A stretch of DNA of 64,000 bases from Mustelus asterias. Taxonomy: Eukaryota. The notes under the pieces are model-generated. The model saw nothing but the letters and a program-made list of their open reading frames with translations, did not search any database and was not told the origin of the DNA. Below, piece by piece: positions 52,172-64,000 of the stretch (position 1 is the first letter of the stretch; the number at the start of each line of letters is the position of its first letter). The DNA is taken from the NCBI RefSeq assembly GCF_964213995.1, contig NC_135808.1, positions 63,674,001 to 63,738,000 of the forward strand. Reading direction: 5' to 3'. Made by a program: the position numbers and the translations under genes.

Positions 52172-52404
52172 CAGTAAGAAGTCTAACAACACCAGGCTAA
52201 AGTCCAACAGGTTTATTTGGTAGCAAACGCTACTAGCGTTCGGAGCGTGCTGCTCCCTCGTCTGATCTCCCACTCCACCTGACGAAGAAGCAGCGCTCCG
52301 AAAGCTAGTGGCGTTTGCTACCAAATAAACCTGTTGGACTTTAACCTGGTGTTGTCAGACTTCTTACTGTGTTTACCCCAGTCCAAGGCCGGCATCTCCA
52401 CATG
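52172..52404. mobile_element. Penelope-derived hairpin insertion
   Basis: Inverted arms of about 95 bp, tail on the right, perfect 11-bp target duplication aaaactctata (52161-52171, 52405-52415). Confidence 0.88.
52275..52311 (+). ncRNA. minimal hammerhead ribozyme motif (one stem II mismatch)
   Basis: CCAC-CTGACGA-a-GAAGC-agc-GCTCC-GAAA-GCT-A-GTGG. Confidence 0.7.
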
Positions 52405-52695
52405 AAAACTCTATAGCCAGAATTTTACCAGCCCACCTGCCACGGGAGTTGGAGTGGGAGAGGGGCGGAGCATGGGAAGGTCTGTTGACCTCGGCGGGAT
52501 TTTAAGGTTTCAGAAAAAGTGAGGCGAGATTTTCCGGGCACGCTTGCCCCAAGGCCGGAAAATCCCATCTGAGGTCAATGGAACTTTACATGGTCCGTGT
52601 CCCTCCCTCCCCATGGCGGGAGGGACAGAAAACCTCCGCCCTATGACTCTATTACCTGGTACTTGATTCTTTTGAATGCATTTTTATGCATTCGG

Positions 52696-52993
52696 GGTGG
52701 CACAGCAGCACAGTGGTTAGTATGGCTGCCTCACAGCGCCAGGGACCTGGGTTTGATTTCCGGTTTGGGTCACTGTCTGTGTGGAGTCTGCACGTTCTCC
52801 ATGTGTCTGCATGGGTTTCCTCCGGGCGCTCCGGTTTCCATCCACAGTCTGAAAGACATGCTGGTTAGGTGCATTGACCATGCTAAATTCTCTCTGTGTA
52901 CCCGAACAGGCGCCGGAGTGTGGCAACTTGGGGATTTTCACAGTAACATCATTGTAGTGTTAATGTAAACCTTGTGACTAATAAATAAACTTT
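52696..52993 (+). mobile_element. alternative-tail SINE
   Basis: Same family as 9164-9432. Confidence 0.85.
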
Positions 52994-54203
52994 ATAAATT
53001 AATTCCTGTTCCTAGCAGAATAAATTAGGGATATCATTTATTTGGTGAAAAGAATGAATGTCAAGCTCAATATCTGTTTTAAATTACAGTGCCTTGGTGG
53101 GACATCACAAATTTTCAGATTGTCAAGCTCCTTTAAGGTTGTTGTATTCTGGCTCTTCTTAAAAGTGTTCGTAGAATCACACCGCACTGAAGTAGGTCAT
53201 GGTTATTGTAGTACCTTCCTAAAAGAACTATCCAAATCGTCCCAATCCTTTGCAACTTCCCCATAACTCTGTTTTTTTTTTCCATTTTCAAGAATATATC
53301 CAATTCCAGTTTAAAAGTGTGTGCTTTATTTGTCATAATATATTCAAATGTTGGCAGACTAGATGTGCAATATTCAAGGAATCCTAGATATGAAGTGGGG
53401 CAGAGCTTTGAATGTTGCTTTCATGGAATGATATCTGTTCAGTGTTTTTGTAGCTTGATCGTAAGCTTGACCTTATTGGTTGTGGGTGGGGTGGAAAAAG
53501 AAAAAAGAATTACTGACATAAACCAGTGCAGTAGCAACTGTGAGGAAAAAGCACATCCATGCAGAGTCCAGGCATGGTTTAGATCCTGCAATGCCTTCAG
53601 ATTGAACAAAATAGTCTGTTTTTAAGTTATTCATTTCATTAGAGAGAGAGTTATTTGGCTGCCTAGGATGTGTGTGTTTATAATTGAGTTATAATTGTTC
53701 ATTTACATTGAGTCTGAATGAGATTTGCCCATTGCCAAAATCTGCAGGTACACTGATTAACCCAACTTTGAAAGAAAGACATTAAAGTCCTCATTATCGA
53801 CTCAACTTTCTCTGGAAGCATAGCAAGTCCCCAAACTTTGTTTTTTACACTTGGGAAATGACAGCAACGCTTAGGAATGTTTTGCTATTTTGAAATTGCC
53901 TCTTTTCTTTTCCAGTGAAGTCTGTGACGAGCTGTTGAGAATTCAATTTTGTTTACAATTGAATAACTTGATAGATATCTTTTTAATCTGTCGAATGTGG
54001 ACTTTTTGGCTTAAGGGTTACTTGGATGTATCAAGACAAAAGCTAGAACAACAAAGAAGTGCTTGTGTCAAATCTGAAAAGGCTGCTGCAAATCTGGAGT
54101 AGTTTCTTGGCACAGCCAAGTTAGCTGCTTTTCTCTCTCTCTCTCCACTGCACCCCCCCCCCCCCCTCCTCCAGAGCAGGAGTCACACAGTCTGTGTGGG
54201 AGC

Positions 54204-54534
54204 ATGATGCAGATTAAACCAGCTCAGCAGCTCACTTCCGTCAATTGTTGCTGAACATCTCCTTCGTTAACATCGGGCAAGGGAATTCATCTTCCCCCTC
54301 ATCCAAGGACGGGCATCGTGCGAGCACTCTGCAATTTGGTCCTAGGTCTGCGCAGATTTCGACCTTCAGCGGGGAGAGTGGAAGGTCTGAACTCGGAGTG
54401 GAGTAACCTGCTGGATCTCAGCTGTGACCTGGAGGATGACTTTCCCAAGAGCCACTGTATCTGCTTCTCACCATGGTTCACCTTGAGGCAAATGCAAAAT
54501 ATGGTCCAGAAGAATGGCTTATTTTCCTTTGTTG
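54204..54534 (+). other. candidate 5' exon of a plus-strand gene, possibly RGL1
   Basis: Repeat-free segment. ATG at 54204 opens a 110-codon frame broken by one TGA (54252) and ending at a G|gttagt donor. Human APOBEC4 lies antisense in an RGL1 intron. No RasGEF exons are visible in the window. Confidence 0.25.
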
Positions 54535-55517
54535 GTTAGTATATGTTGGCTTAAATGGAATGGGAGAGAGGGAAAAGTAGTTGGAGAAGAGTGCGTTCTG
54601 AGTGTTTTTCTAGCAGCTATTTTTATATACAAAACTTGAAATGGACTGTGCATTTTAAAAGTGGAAATATATAATGAGGCTTTGTATAAACAGAACTGCT
54701 GCTTTTTGAGATATTTGAACACATGCATCCGCATTTTTCCTTATTTAAATTGGGAATGTCGCATATAAAGTAAAGCAAAATATTTCGCCCTGCGCGGTTC
54801 CTTCAATGTGTCATCAAGAAGGTACAGGTAATGTTAAAAATCAGCGTTGGGCTGAGGGCTGATTCCCCAGAGGAGGCATGTTTCCGCTGACTTGCACTGG
54901 AGCCAGGTCAGGTTCTGCGTTAGACCCAAACTTGCGAGGTGAAACCACTGGGTGGGTCAGGGGCGCAGATTCCCTGCTTCATCAGGGGACTGGGCATGCT
55001 TTGACTTCTCATTCGGTGGCAAGTGATTAACCTGTTACCCTGTGACCCGCACGGCAAGGTTTTCAATGACTCGTAAAGCAAGTTCACGTCGGTATGGGCT
55101 GGTTGGTGTGTTTTGCAGCAGAGCTCCTGACAGTCGGCTTTTTTTACAGGCTGGTTAGACCAGTGTATTCGCATTCATGCACCGCTCAGGTTGCTGCATA
55201 TCCATGCCACCCAGATGTGTTCTGGGTGTGTAGACAGTCCTCACTGAAATCAGGGAAATCCTGTTGGAGGCAATCCCCTCATTTCATTCACCTGCACAGT
55301 AAATGTTTAACGGGCCACTGTTGAATTACTAACATCTTTTACTAGCAAAGAATCACTGTGACTTGACCTTATATATATATAGCTATGGTCTTTTCCCCAG
55401 GGCAGGGGGGTCCAAAACTAGAGGGCATAGGTTTAAAGTGCGAGAGGAAAGATTTAAAAGGGACCTGAGGGGCAACTTTTTCACATAGAGGGTGGAATGT
55501 ATGTGGAATGAGCTGTC

Positions 55518-55781
55518 CTGACGTGGAGATGCCGGCGTTGGACTGGGGTGAACACAGTAAGAGTTTTAACAACACCAGGTTAAAGTCCAACAGATTTATC
55601 TGGTAGCAAATGCCATTAGCTTTTGGAGCGCTGCTCCTTCTTCAGATGGAGTGGATATCTGCTCACCATGAGCAGATATCCACTCCATCTGAGGAAGGAG
55701 CAGTGCTCCGAAAGCTAATGGCATTTGCTACCAAATAAACCTGTTGGACTTTAACCTGGTGTTGTTAAAACTCTTACTGTG
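55518..55781. mobile_element. Penelope-derived palindromic insertion inside a CR1 fragment
   Basis: 113-bp arms (55553-55665, 55669-55781) around a 3-nt loop. Tail on the left. Duplicated target tgtggaatgagctg. Confidence 0.88.
55685..55721 (+). ncRNA. minimal type I hammerhead ribozyme motif
   Basis: CCAT-CTGAGGA-a-GGAGC-agt-GCTCC-GAAA-GCT-A-ATGG: core boxes, 5-bp stem II, palindromic AGCT stem III and CCAT/ATGG stem I. Confidence 0.78.
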
Positions 55782-55968
55782 GAATGAGCTGCCAGAGGAG
55801 TGGTAGAGACAGGTACAATTACAACATTTAAAACACATTTGGACAGGTACATGGATAAAAAAGTTTTAAAGGGATATGGGCTAAACACAAGCAAATAGGA
55901 CAAGGTCAGTCAGCATGAACGAGTTGATCCAAAGGGCCTGTTTCCATGCTGCATACCTCTCTCTCTCG

Positions 55969-55990
55969 ATATATATATATATATATATAT
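55969..55990. repeat. (AT)n microsatellite
   Basis: About 11 units; another at 20591-20608. Confidence 0.8.
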
Positions 55991-58619
55991 CTAGATTAAC
56001 AAACACAACACACAAAAAATCAGCTGGCAGTATATTTGAACCCACCATTGGGTTCAAATATCTCAAATGGGGGTCGACCTGGAACTAGTATCTGGTATAC
56101 CAAACTGTTATAAATGTTTAAGGCAGAGGTAGATAGATTCTTGTTCGGCAAGGGAATCAAAGGTTACCGAGAGGTAGATGGGAATGTAGAACTGCAAACA
56201 CAAGCAGAGCGGTCATGATCTTGTTGAAAGACCAAGCAGGCTCAAGGGCCGACTTGCCTGCACTTACTCCAGTTTTGCAGCTTCATGGAGGTATTTACTT
56301 CTTTGGTGGCTCCAAGCTTGTGTGTAAATGTGCAGCAATGGACATAACTGTTGGAGACACCCTCCCTCAGGGAGGGGATGATATCGATGATGTGTACATT
56401 TAATATGGGGCATTGTTTAAGAATTTCCACTAATGTTAAGCAATAGTTCTGCATGTATGAGAGGCATGTTGAAAAATGATGGAATAAAATGAACCCAGTA
56501 TTTTATCTACTGTTTTGTTTTGGTTAATCTGACTTTGTTTTAGGCTTGCGGCCATGATGATATCACTATTTATTGGGTTCCTTTCTGGAGGCTGGAGTTG
56601 GAAGGCTTTGTAGGCTTGTTGTCTGTGAACCAGGCGCACAAAGATTTCCTGCCGCACTATCATTCTTCAGACTGCCAAAGAATTGAAGGAGTTTTTAATT
56701 TGGAAAGTACTCTACCAGATGGTTCACGGGGGCAGGGGAGAGAGGATCAACCTGAAATAGTGCACAGTTTGCTATTTCAGGAAATTATGGAAAAGGGCTT
56801 GTGTCTTGTGTGCCGAACCATGACCTGGTTTGTGCTGACTCTGTTGCAGTGCTTCCTGTGAAATGTCTCTTGCAGGTCTTAAATGTAAAAGTTAATCGCG
56901 TACTCCTTTAAAGTACCGAATCAGTCGGATATTTCTGACGGGTGCTTGTGTATAGAATTTCACATTCAGCCTTCTCGTGTGTGAATAAGTCACAAACTGT
57001 TCCAACTTGGCACCATTTCCGAAAGCCATCTAATCAGTGGGGAATAAACTCTTAATAATGCAGCTCTTGAACCCTAGAGGCCGACCTGTGACGCAAAGAA
57101 CTATGCACGCTTCCTAGCATTCCGGCTCCATGTGACAGCAGATTTGTAAACGGCTGATGAGATGCAAATCTGAACTATCCACTCCGTCAGTTTGATTTTG
57201 GATTCTACCTGTGACGGGTAAGGTCTCAAGTTTCAGATTTCGAGTATCTGGGGTTCAGCTGCTTTTAAGCTGATCTTTCATCCTGGAGCCTCAAGTACCA
57301 GTAAACATCTGCGTGTCTGCAAAAAGAGGTTGGGTTGCATCGAGGCTGAGGGAGGGCATGTTTGCAGCAAAATATTTGCAATCCTTACAAGACCTTGTCA
57401 TGTGGAGCAGGAAATACAATGGAGGGCCTTTGATTCAGGTTGTCAACCCTCCAGGATTGGCCTGCAGGCTCCAGGGATTGAAGATCAATCTCCAGTGCAC
57501 TGGCTATGTGAAACTCTGGAGCAAAATCATTAGGACATTAAGAAATATTGTGCCTTAACTGCTGGGCTCCCCAATGTCCGATTTGGGAGCTACCCCCAAG
57601 ATGTGCTGGGAAATTCCTCTTGGTGGTTCCCAGCTAAGGGTTTACCCAGTAATTGAAGCATAATTTCCCTTGGACAATTGCACTGTGCTGGGAACCATCG
57701 GACAAAGTGATTTCAATTATTAGCTCTAGATAGTTCTGCCAGTGTTACACTAATAGTTACACAGAAAAAGTTAGAAGAATTAAAACCACTTCTAACTTCT
57801 GCGTTAATTTTAAAGACCCAGGCTGATCCCCGCCCGGGGCTCACCCACACTCCCGCCTGCACTGGGGACTCACTCCCCCACAACTCCCTGACAAACCACC
57901 CCCACGGTATTCCCCACCCCCAACTCACTACCTGCACAGGATTCCACAACTCCCCCCACCACAACCGTGACACAACCTGACTCCCGACCTGGATAGGTCT
58001 GCCCCAACCTGAACCCCCGACCACCCGACCAATCCGACCCAGCTGGACCCCCCCCACCCTGTGTATCCCAGACCTAACCTACCCCACCCCTTCCCTGACC
58101 TGACCTGAATCTCCACCCTCGATCCAACACAACCCCCACCTGACCCTCTGACCCCCAAGCCCCTGATATCTCACCTCCCACCATGTTCGACCTCCCCCTT
58201 CCAATGTCCAGTTCCCCGCCACCCCTCAAATGTCATCCACTTACCTTAGACATTTACCTTCTCCCTGGCTTGTCATTTTCAATGCTTTATGGCAGTACGA
58301 TAAAAAAAAGAGGCATGTCCTCCTTCACTCCTGCTCTGTTAGATTTCGACGCTGGGTCTCAGTGATCGCTGTACTGTCTGGATCTTGCCCACACTGAGTC
58401 AAGAAGATTGGCCAAGTCAGGCACAGAAGAAATTTGGCTCAGGTAAGTGCATACAGAGTGGCAATCAAATGCTAATTGTATATTTTTGCCATTTTCTTTG
58501 ACCTTTTTAGCAGAAATAAAAGTATCAAAAATGGACTGCAGGAGAGGCTGTCTGACAGTCAAGCATGGGTAATGACTCTATTTTCTTTCCAGTTGGTGTA
58601 GGAAGCTAATAAATCACAA

Positions 58620-59290
58620 GGATAGATATGCAGGCATAGAGGTAATAAGGAATGCAAATGGAATTTTGGCATTTATAGCTAAATGAATGGAGTATAAAAG
58701 TAAGGAAGTATTGCTGCAACTATACAAGGCATTGCTGAGACCGCACTTGAAATACTATGTACAGTTCTAGTCTCCTTACTTGAGGGAAGATGTAGCGGCA
58801 TTAGAGGCAGTTCAGAGGAGGTTCACTCGATTGATTCCAGAGATGAGGGGCTTGTCTTATGAAAAGAGATTGGGCCATTTAGTCCAAAACTCTCTAGAGT
58901 CCAGAAGAATGAGAGGAGATCTAATTGAGGAATATAAGATGATAAACGGTATTGACAAAACAGAAGCAGATGCTTCCTCTTGTGGAACAATCTAGAATAA
59001 GACATCACAGTTTAAGGATAAGGGGTAGCAAATTTGAAACAGAGATGAAGAGAAACTACTTTCTCTGAAAGGGTCATGAATCAGCGGCGGAATTTATTGC
59101 CCCAGAGTGCAGTGGATGCTGGGGCATTGAGTAAATTTAAGGATGAGATGGACAAATTTTTAATTAGTAATGGGTTGGAGGGTTATGGAGAATGGGCAGG
59201 AAAGTGGAGTTGAGGCCGAGATGAGATCAGCCATGATGGCAGAGCAGGCTCGAGGGGCTGAATTGCCCGCTCCTGCTCCTACTTCTTATG
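58620..59290 (+). mobile_element. CR1 LINE 3' fragment
   Basis: LLQLYKALLRPHLKY...LEAVQRRFTRLIPEMRGLSYEKRL...RMRGDLIE. Confidence 0.88.
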
Positions 59291-60517
59291 TTGGCTGGAA
59301 CATGGGGCATGGAGCAAGTGATGTGATGAAACCTCCAGGAATATATTTCATCACAGTTGGCAACCTTTGACTCGTCATAATAATTGGGATAGATTGCTCA
59401 TCGTCACTGGTGTAATGAGTAGATTTAGCATGTTCGCATTCAATGTACATGTAAGGAACTAACTTAAGCATATAAATTCAGCCTGCCAAACGAAACCCCC
59501 CCAAACTGCTTTTGATGAATGTTTAGCAGCTAACGCCTTTTGACTCCTGATTTTAAAATCTGATTACATTTGCTATACTTGTTTCCCGGTAGTTTGTTCA
59601 GCTAAAGACGGAGTTGATTGATTTTCGGGGGTACAAGGTGCAAGAGTTAACAAGAGTTGATGGTATTCAGCGAGATGGGGAGGTGGGAGATGGGATTTAA
59701 TAATGTTTCCCATTCCTCCCTCCACAAGGCTAAGGTTAATGAGTGTCACAGGGCCAGGAAGCACTCAATCCCCAGTCTGTGTTTAGTTACTTTCAGCTGC
59801 TGCTGCACTCGGAGTTCGGTTCCATTGTCCAAAACTAGGAAGGGGAAGTTTTTTTTACTGGGGGGTCCCTGTTACTGTTGGAAATCTGCCTGCAAATGTG
59901 GAACGAGGTTGAGTATTTGGTTGAAGATTGTGTTGACACTCAATTGTAAGGCTGGCACGCAAACACTGTCAACTGCAAAACTGGGTGGACCCAGCAGGAG
60001 TCAGTGGTTCTCAGGGGAGAATATAAAGGAAAATTGTCAAGAAATTGGATGGTTGGGGGTGAGGGGAGTGGGGGAACTGGGCTTTCAGTTCTTCTAGTGA
60101 GTACGTCCACTGACTAAGCACATCATTAATCAAGCTGCAGACATGCAAACATAATCACTGCTAATAGTTCTTCCGACCCCTTGATTAATTTTCTCATTTA
60201 TGAATAACCTTTTTGGAAATAGCTTATAACTGAGGATATCAAATGTTTCAATCTATAAACTATGAAAGGGGAGACTTTCATGCCATAGAGAAGTGGTTTT
60301 AAGTATTTCAACATTTTTATCTATCTTTTATCAACCCGATTATCAAATTGTCTGGTCTAATCTGAGGACTGCTTTAACTGTTGGTGAAAAACGAATTGAT
60401 TCTATACATCCAAACAAATCTGTTTGTTTATTCTATCAGCATTTTGATTGCAATATTTTCTTGCTCAGTGTAAAGGAGTAGATTCCAGCCCTGTAGGCAG
60501 CAGTTTGAAGTATTCAC

Positions 60518-60863
60518 ATGAATCATAGAATCCCCACAGTGGCCCATTGAGTATGCACCAATTCTCTGACAGAGTGTCTTATCCAGGCCCGCACCACCAC
60601 TGTATCCCTATAACCCCGCACATTTACCATGGCTAATCCAACCTACACATCTGGGGACATTAAGGGGCGATTTAGCATGGTCAATCCACCTAAGCTGCAC
60701 ATCTTTGGAGTGTGGGAGGAAACCAGATCACCCACAGCAAACACATGCAAACACCAGGGAGAATGTGCACAATCCACGCAGACAAACACCCAAGGCCGGA
60801 ATTGAACCCAGGGTCCCTCGTGCTGTGCGGCAGCAGTGCTAACCACTGCACCACCATGCCACC
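60518..60863 (-). mobile_element. HE1-type SINE
   Basis: Reverse-complement head, core and tail; variant related to 27543-27782. Confidence 0.85.
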
Positions 60864-62260
60864 CACTATGTTGGAAAGGTTTTTTTTTCCTCCTGTTAAA
60901 GTGGCAGTTGGAGCTAACAGAGCAAGAAGGAGCCTGACGTCTTTTGAAGCTGACCCTAGTATTTGCTAAATAGACAGAATTGGAGGACATACACCAGAGC
61001 ATCAAAATTGCCCGTGGCTTTCTGCCTGACCCCGATACACTTGAAATGAGTGTGGTTCAAATGTGAGCAAATGAAGTTCAAAAGTAAATTTGCCACTGTC
61101 CAACTGAATGGTGGAAAAGCTAAATGGTCTATTCTTGTTATACGTATTCACAATTCCAACTATCTCTTCAGTACGTTAGTGACTCCCTCTGTGTCATCTC
61201 CCTGTCCACACTCTTGAGGGTTCCTCTGCCTTGTTCTTGCTTGCTCTACCATTTGTTCAGCTACTTCACTCTGGCCCTTTGGGACTTCCTGCCATGTAAC
61301 CACCGATCCTACTTTCAGGAATCCCCTGAGAGCCCATGGTTTTGACAATGGCCTCATTTTCTTTATGTCTTTCACTCCCTCCCCTTCTGTCTTTCTCCAT
61401 TACCTTTTCTATTTTCTCTCCTGCTGGGGGTCTCCCTGTTTTACATGAAGTTTCTTGTCCACGAGTGCAATAGAAATGGTGTGGGTTTTGTGAGTCAGTG
61501 AAAATATAGACATAGCATTCATGAACTATGGGTTTACCATGCTCATTAGACCGAACCCTGAATATGGCATTGCTTGTACACTGAGATCTGTGCCATGGTA
61601 ACTGTGAATTGAACCGTTTGGTTAATTATTCCATGAGTCTTCATTGGGCCACAAGTCAGTGCCTTTAAGCAATATGTAAGTTGTTCGCAGACAACTTTGC
61701 CTCGACAGAGAACGTAATTCTTTTTCTAGGCTGCAAGTGGTGCTCTTTCCAAACAATGACAGACCAGCAGGGGAGCTCTGTCTGAATTGACACCCTGTAT
61801 AATTCCTCCCAGAAGAATCTGATGCAATATCATTTGCTTCACGGTTGTGCTTGCAGCTTCTTGTCCAATTTTTAAAAGTGCTTCAGCAAAGTCCTTGATG
61901 TGGATGGAAATCAATGAGGGTGGCAGGGGGCCCCATGCCCACCACCAAAACCAAGCACCTTTACCAACCCGATCTCCAGGCGCCCTGAGGGAATTAAGTC
62001 CATAATTGGCAGTGGGAACCACGCTGTGTGGGGGGTGGTGGGGCAGTTAATTCCAGAACTTCCACCAGTAGGGCAGAACTTCCACCACGAGAGCAGCCCA
62101 TAATCCACAGTGCCACTGGGAGAAATGGCTGCTGACTTGGGCCTTCAGCAGGATTCATTGTTGGACCCCTGGAGAAAGATATGTGATGAAAGGTGCCAGT
62201 GATGGGTGGGGGAGATGTAATGGAGGAAAGGGAGGGGTTGCCTCTCTGCAGGCACACCTA

Positions 62261-62312
62261 CCACCCCCGCCCCCCCCCCCCCCCCCCCCCCCCCCCCACC
62301 ACCCCTCCCCCT
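62261..62312 (+). repeat. poly-C tract
   Basis: Run of about 28 C with flanking C runs. Confidence 0.8.
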
Positions 62313-63214
62313 CCCCACCTGCCCCACATTCCCAATCCCGGGTCCCTTGCCCAGGCACTAAGTGCCTTTGAACAAGGGAAGCTCCTCTCACAACTTGTAT
62401 GCTGCTAGGATTTGCTTGTCAGTCTCCCGCATGGTGGATCTTCCGCCTAGCGCTGGTTGAATACCAGCAGCGACGGGATGAGGCCCTTAAGTGGCCATTA
62501 AGTGCCTCACAAGGGCTTTAATTGATACCAGGATGAGAAGGCCACCTACAAGCCTTTCTCTCCCAGACTTAATCGCTGGGAGGAGGGAAGGCAGTGGGAT
62601 CTTTCCTCTGCACTGTTCCACTTGATCACACAGCGTGTCTCGGAACTCACTTCATGGAGTGGGAGCATTGAATTCTGCCCTATGTTTTTATTGTGTCTCT
62701 TGATATTAATTAAACTGTACTTGATTGCCTTTCCCTCTCTTTCTGTTAGAATTTCCCCTTCCCCTGTCTGGGAAATGCCTTGATAAGCTTTCTGATAATG
62801 CAAAATAAAAAAGGTGACCTGAATTCTGCCTTTAAAAGTGAGTCTTGTTATCAGGAGCCCTTTATCTTTTCGTGAAACATTCCCTAAACGTGCGTACTCC
62901 CCTTTCCACAGTTGAATGCCACATGGCATTTATTACTGATTCAGCTGGCTGATAACTTTCCCAGGCTTCTGCTAACACTGCTGTGAGCACAACAGCAAGA
63001 TGGTGTGTATAAGCAGCTCTGGAATCTCCCTCTCATTCCCCTTTCCTCCGTCAGGGAATGGCTGTAGCCTCTGCTCGGAAATCTAACAGTGATGGGAACT
63101 TAGGAAAAGGAGAGTCATTCCCAGCACCTTGGGAACTTTCAAATAAGATTTCAAAATGCAATGCACAAGAATTTATTCCAGTCGTGCTATTTTGAAATTG
63201 ATCTATTTAAATTA

Positions 63215-63667
63215 ATCTACGAGGACAGGTTGGATAAACTCAGTTTGTTCTTACTGGAACGACGGAGGTCCAGTAAGGGGGGGGGCGATCTGATAGAGGT
63301 TTACAAGATTATGAGTGGCATGGACAGAGTGGATAGTCAGATGTTCTTTCCTAGGGTTGAAAAGTCAAGTACTAGGGTGCATAGGTTTAAGATGTGTGGG
63401 GAAAAGTTCAGAGGAGATGTAGGAGGCAAGGTTTTTACACAAGGGTTGGTGAATGTCTGGAACGTGCTGCCGGGGAGGTGGTGGGAGCAGGTACGATAGA
63501 GGTATTTAAGGGGCATCTAGATGAATACATGAATAGGATGGGAATGGAAGGATATGGACTCTGTAAGTGCACACGGTTTTAGTTTAGGATGGCATCATGA
63601 TCGGCGCAGGCTTGGAGGGCCGAAGGGCCTGTTCCTGTGCTGTACTGTTCTTTGTTCTTTGTTCTAT
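63215..63667 (+). mobile_element. CR1 LINE 3' fragment
   Basis: YEDRLDKLSLFLLERRR...DLIEVYKIM...FTQGLVNVWNVLP plus tail gggccgaagggcctgttcc. Confidence 0.9.
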
Positions 63668-63904
63668 TTTTGACTGTGTGCATGGAAGTTCTAGTATTTC
63701 ACTCTCCAAGTATTTACTTGGAGAACACAGGACACGAGTAGACCAATTAGTCCCTCAAGCCTATTGCAAGCATACAAAACATGAGCAGACAAAGGCCATT
63801 CGAGCATGCTCAACCATTCAGTAAGGTCATGATCTGTTTGTGTTTCAAATTCCACATTCCTATCTACCCCTGATACCCATGAAACCCTTCTCCCTGCCAT
63901 CCAA

Positions 63905-64000
63905 GGGATTCGCATTCTAATCAGTATTCTGTAACTTGAGTTTGTGTCTCTGTGCCTTATTTGTGAGCAGATTTCCACTCCATCTGACGAAGGAGCAGCG
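63905..64000 (+). mobile_element. start of another Penelope-like terminal repeat, truncated by the window end
   Basis: gtaacttgagtttgtgtctctgtgcc...ccactccatctgacgaaggagcagcg aligns with 11050-11120 and 55670-55705. Confidence 0.75.

Larger units (their letters stand above)
55385..55955 (+). mobile_element. CR1 LINE 3' fragment interrupted by a Penelope hairpin
   Basis: aaaactagagggcataggtttaa...tttttcacatagagggtgg...tggaatgagctgccagagg. Confidence 0.8.

Noticed and set aside
1-64000. CRISPR arrays, rRNA genes, and ARPC5, NCF2 or RGL1 RasGEF exons expected from synteny
   Set aside because: None recognised; no regularly spaced repeat-spacer array is present.

Overview
Eukaryotic genomic DNA, almost certainly from a shark: it carries HE1-type V-SINEs, HER1/CR1 LINE tails and DeuSINE-like repeats. 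The only intact protein-coding region I recognise is the single coding exon of APOBEC4 (33452..34573, minus strand, 373 aa, HPE...PC-x6-C zinc motif). Much of the rest is transposable element: about 20 HE1-family SINE copies with two different 3' tails, CR1, Tx1/L1, RTE and Rex1-like LINE remnants, a decayed Gypsy element with both LTRs (42575..46895), PIF/Harbinger remnants and MITEs, and Penelope-like insertions. Three observations stand out. (1) Five Penelope-derived insertions carry minimal hammerhead-ribozyme motifs with compensatory stem changes between copies; four are complete hairpins with a one-sided ~35-bp tail and long target-site duplications. (2) A chain of about 17 mostly phase-compatible candidate exons on the plus strand (937..~18050) reads as a stop-disrupted multi-exon gene that I cannot name. 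(3) Two local inverted duplications link the 25-28 kb and 31-32 kb regions. A possible RGL1 5' exon near 54.2-54.5 kb is only weakly supported. All calls are by eye, without database searches, and most repeat boundaries are approximate.
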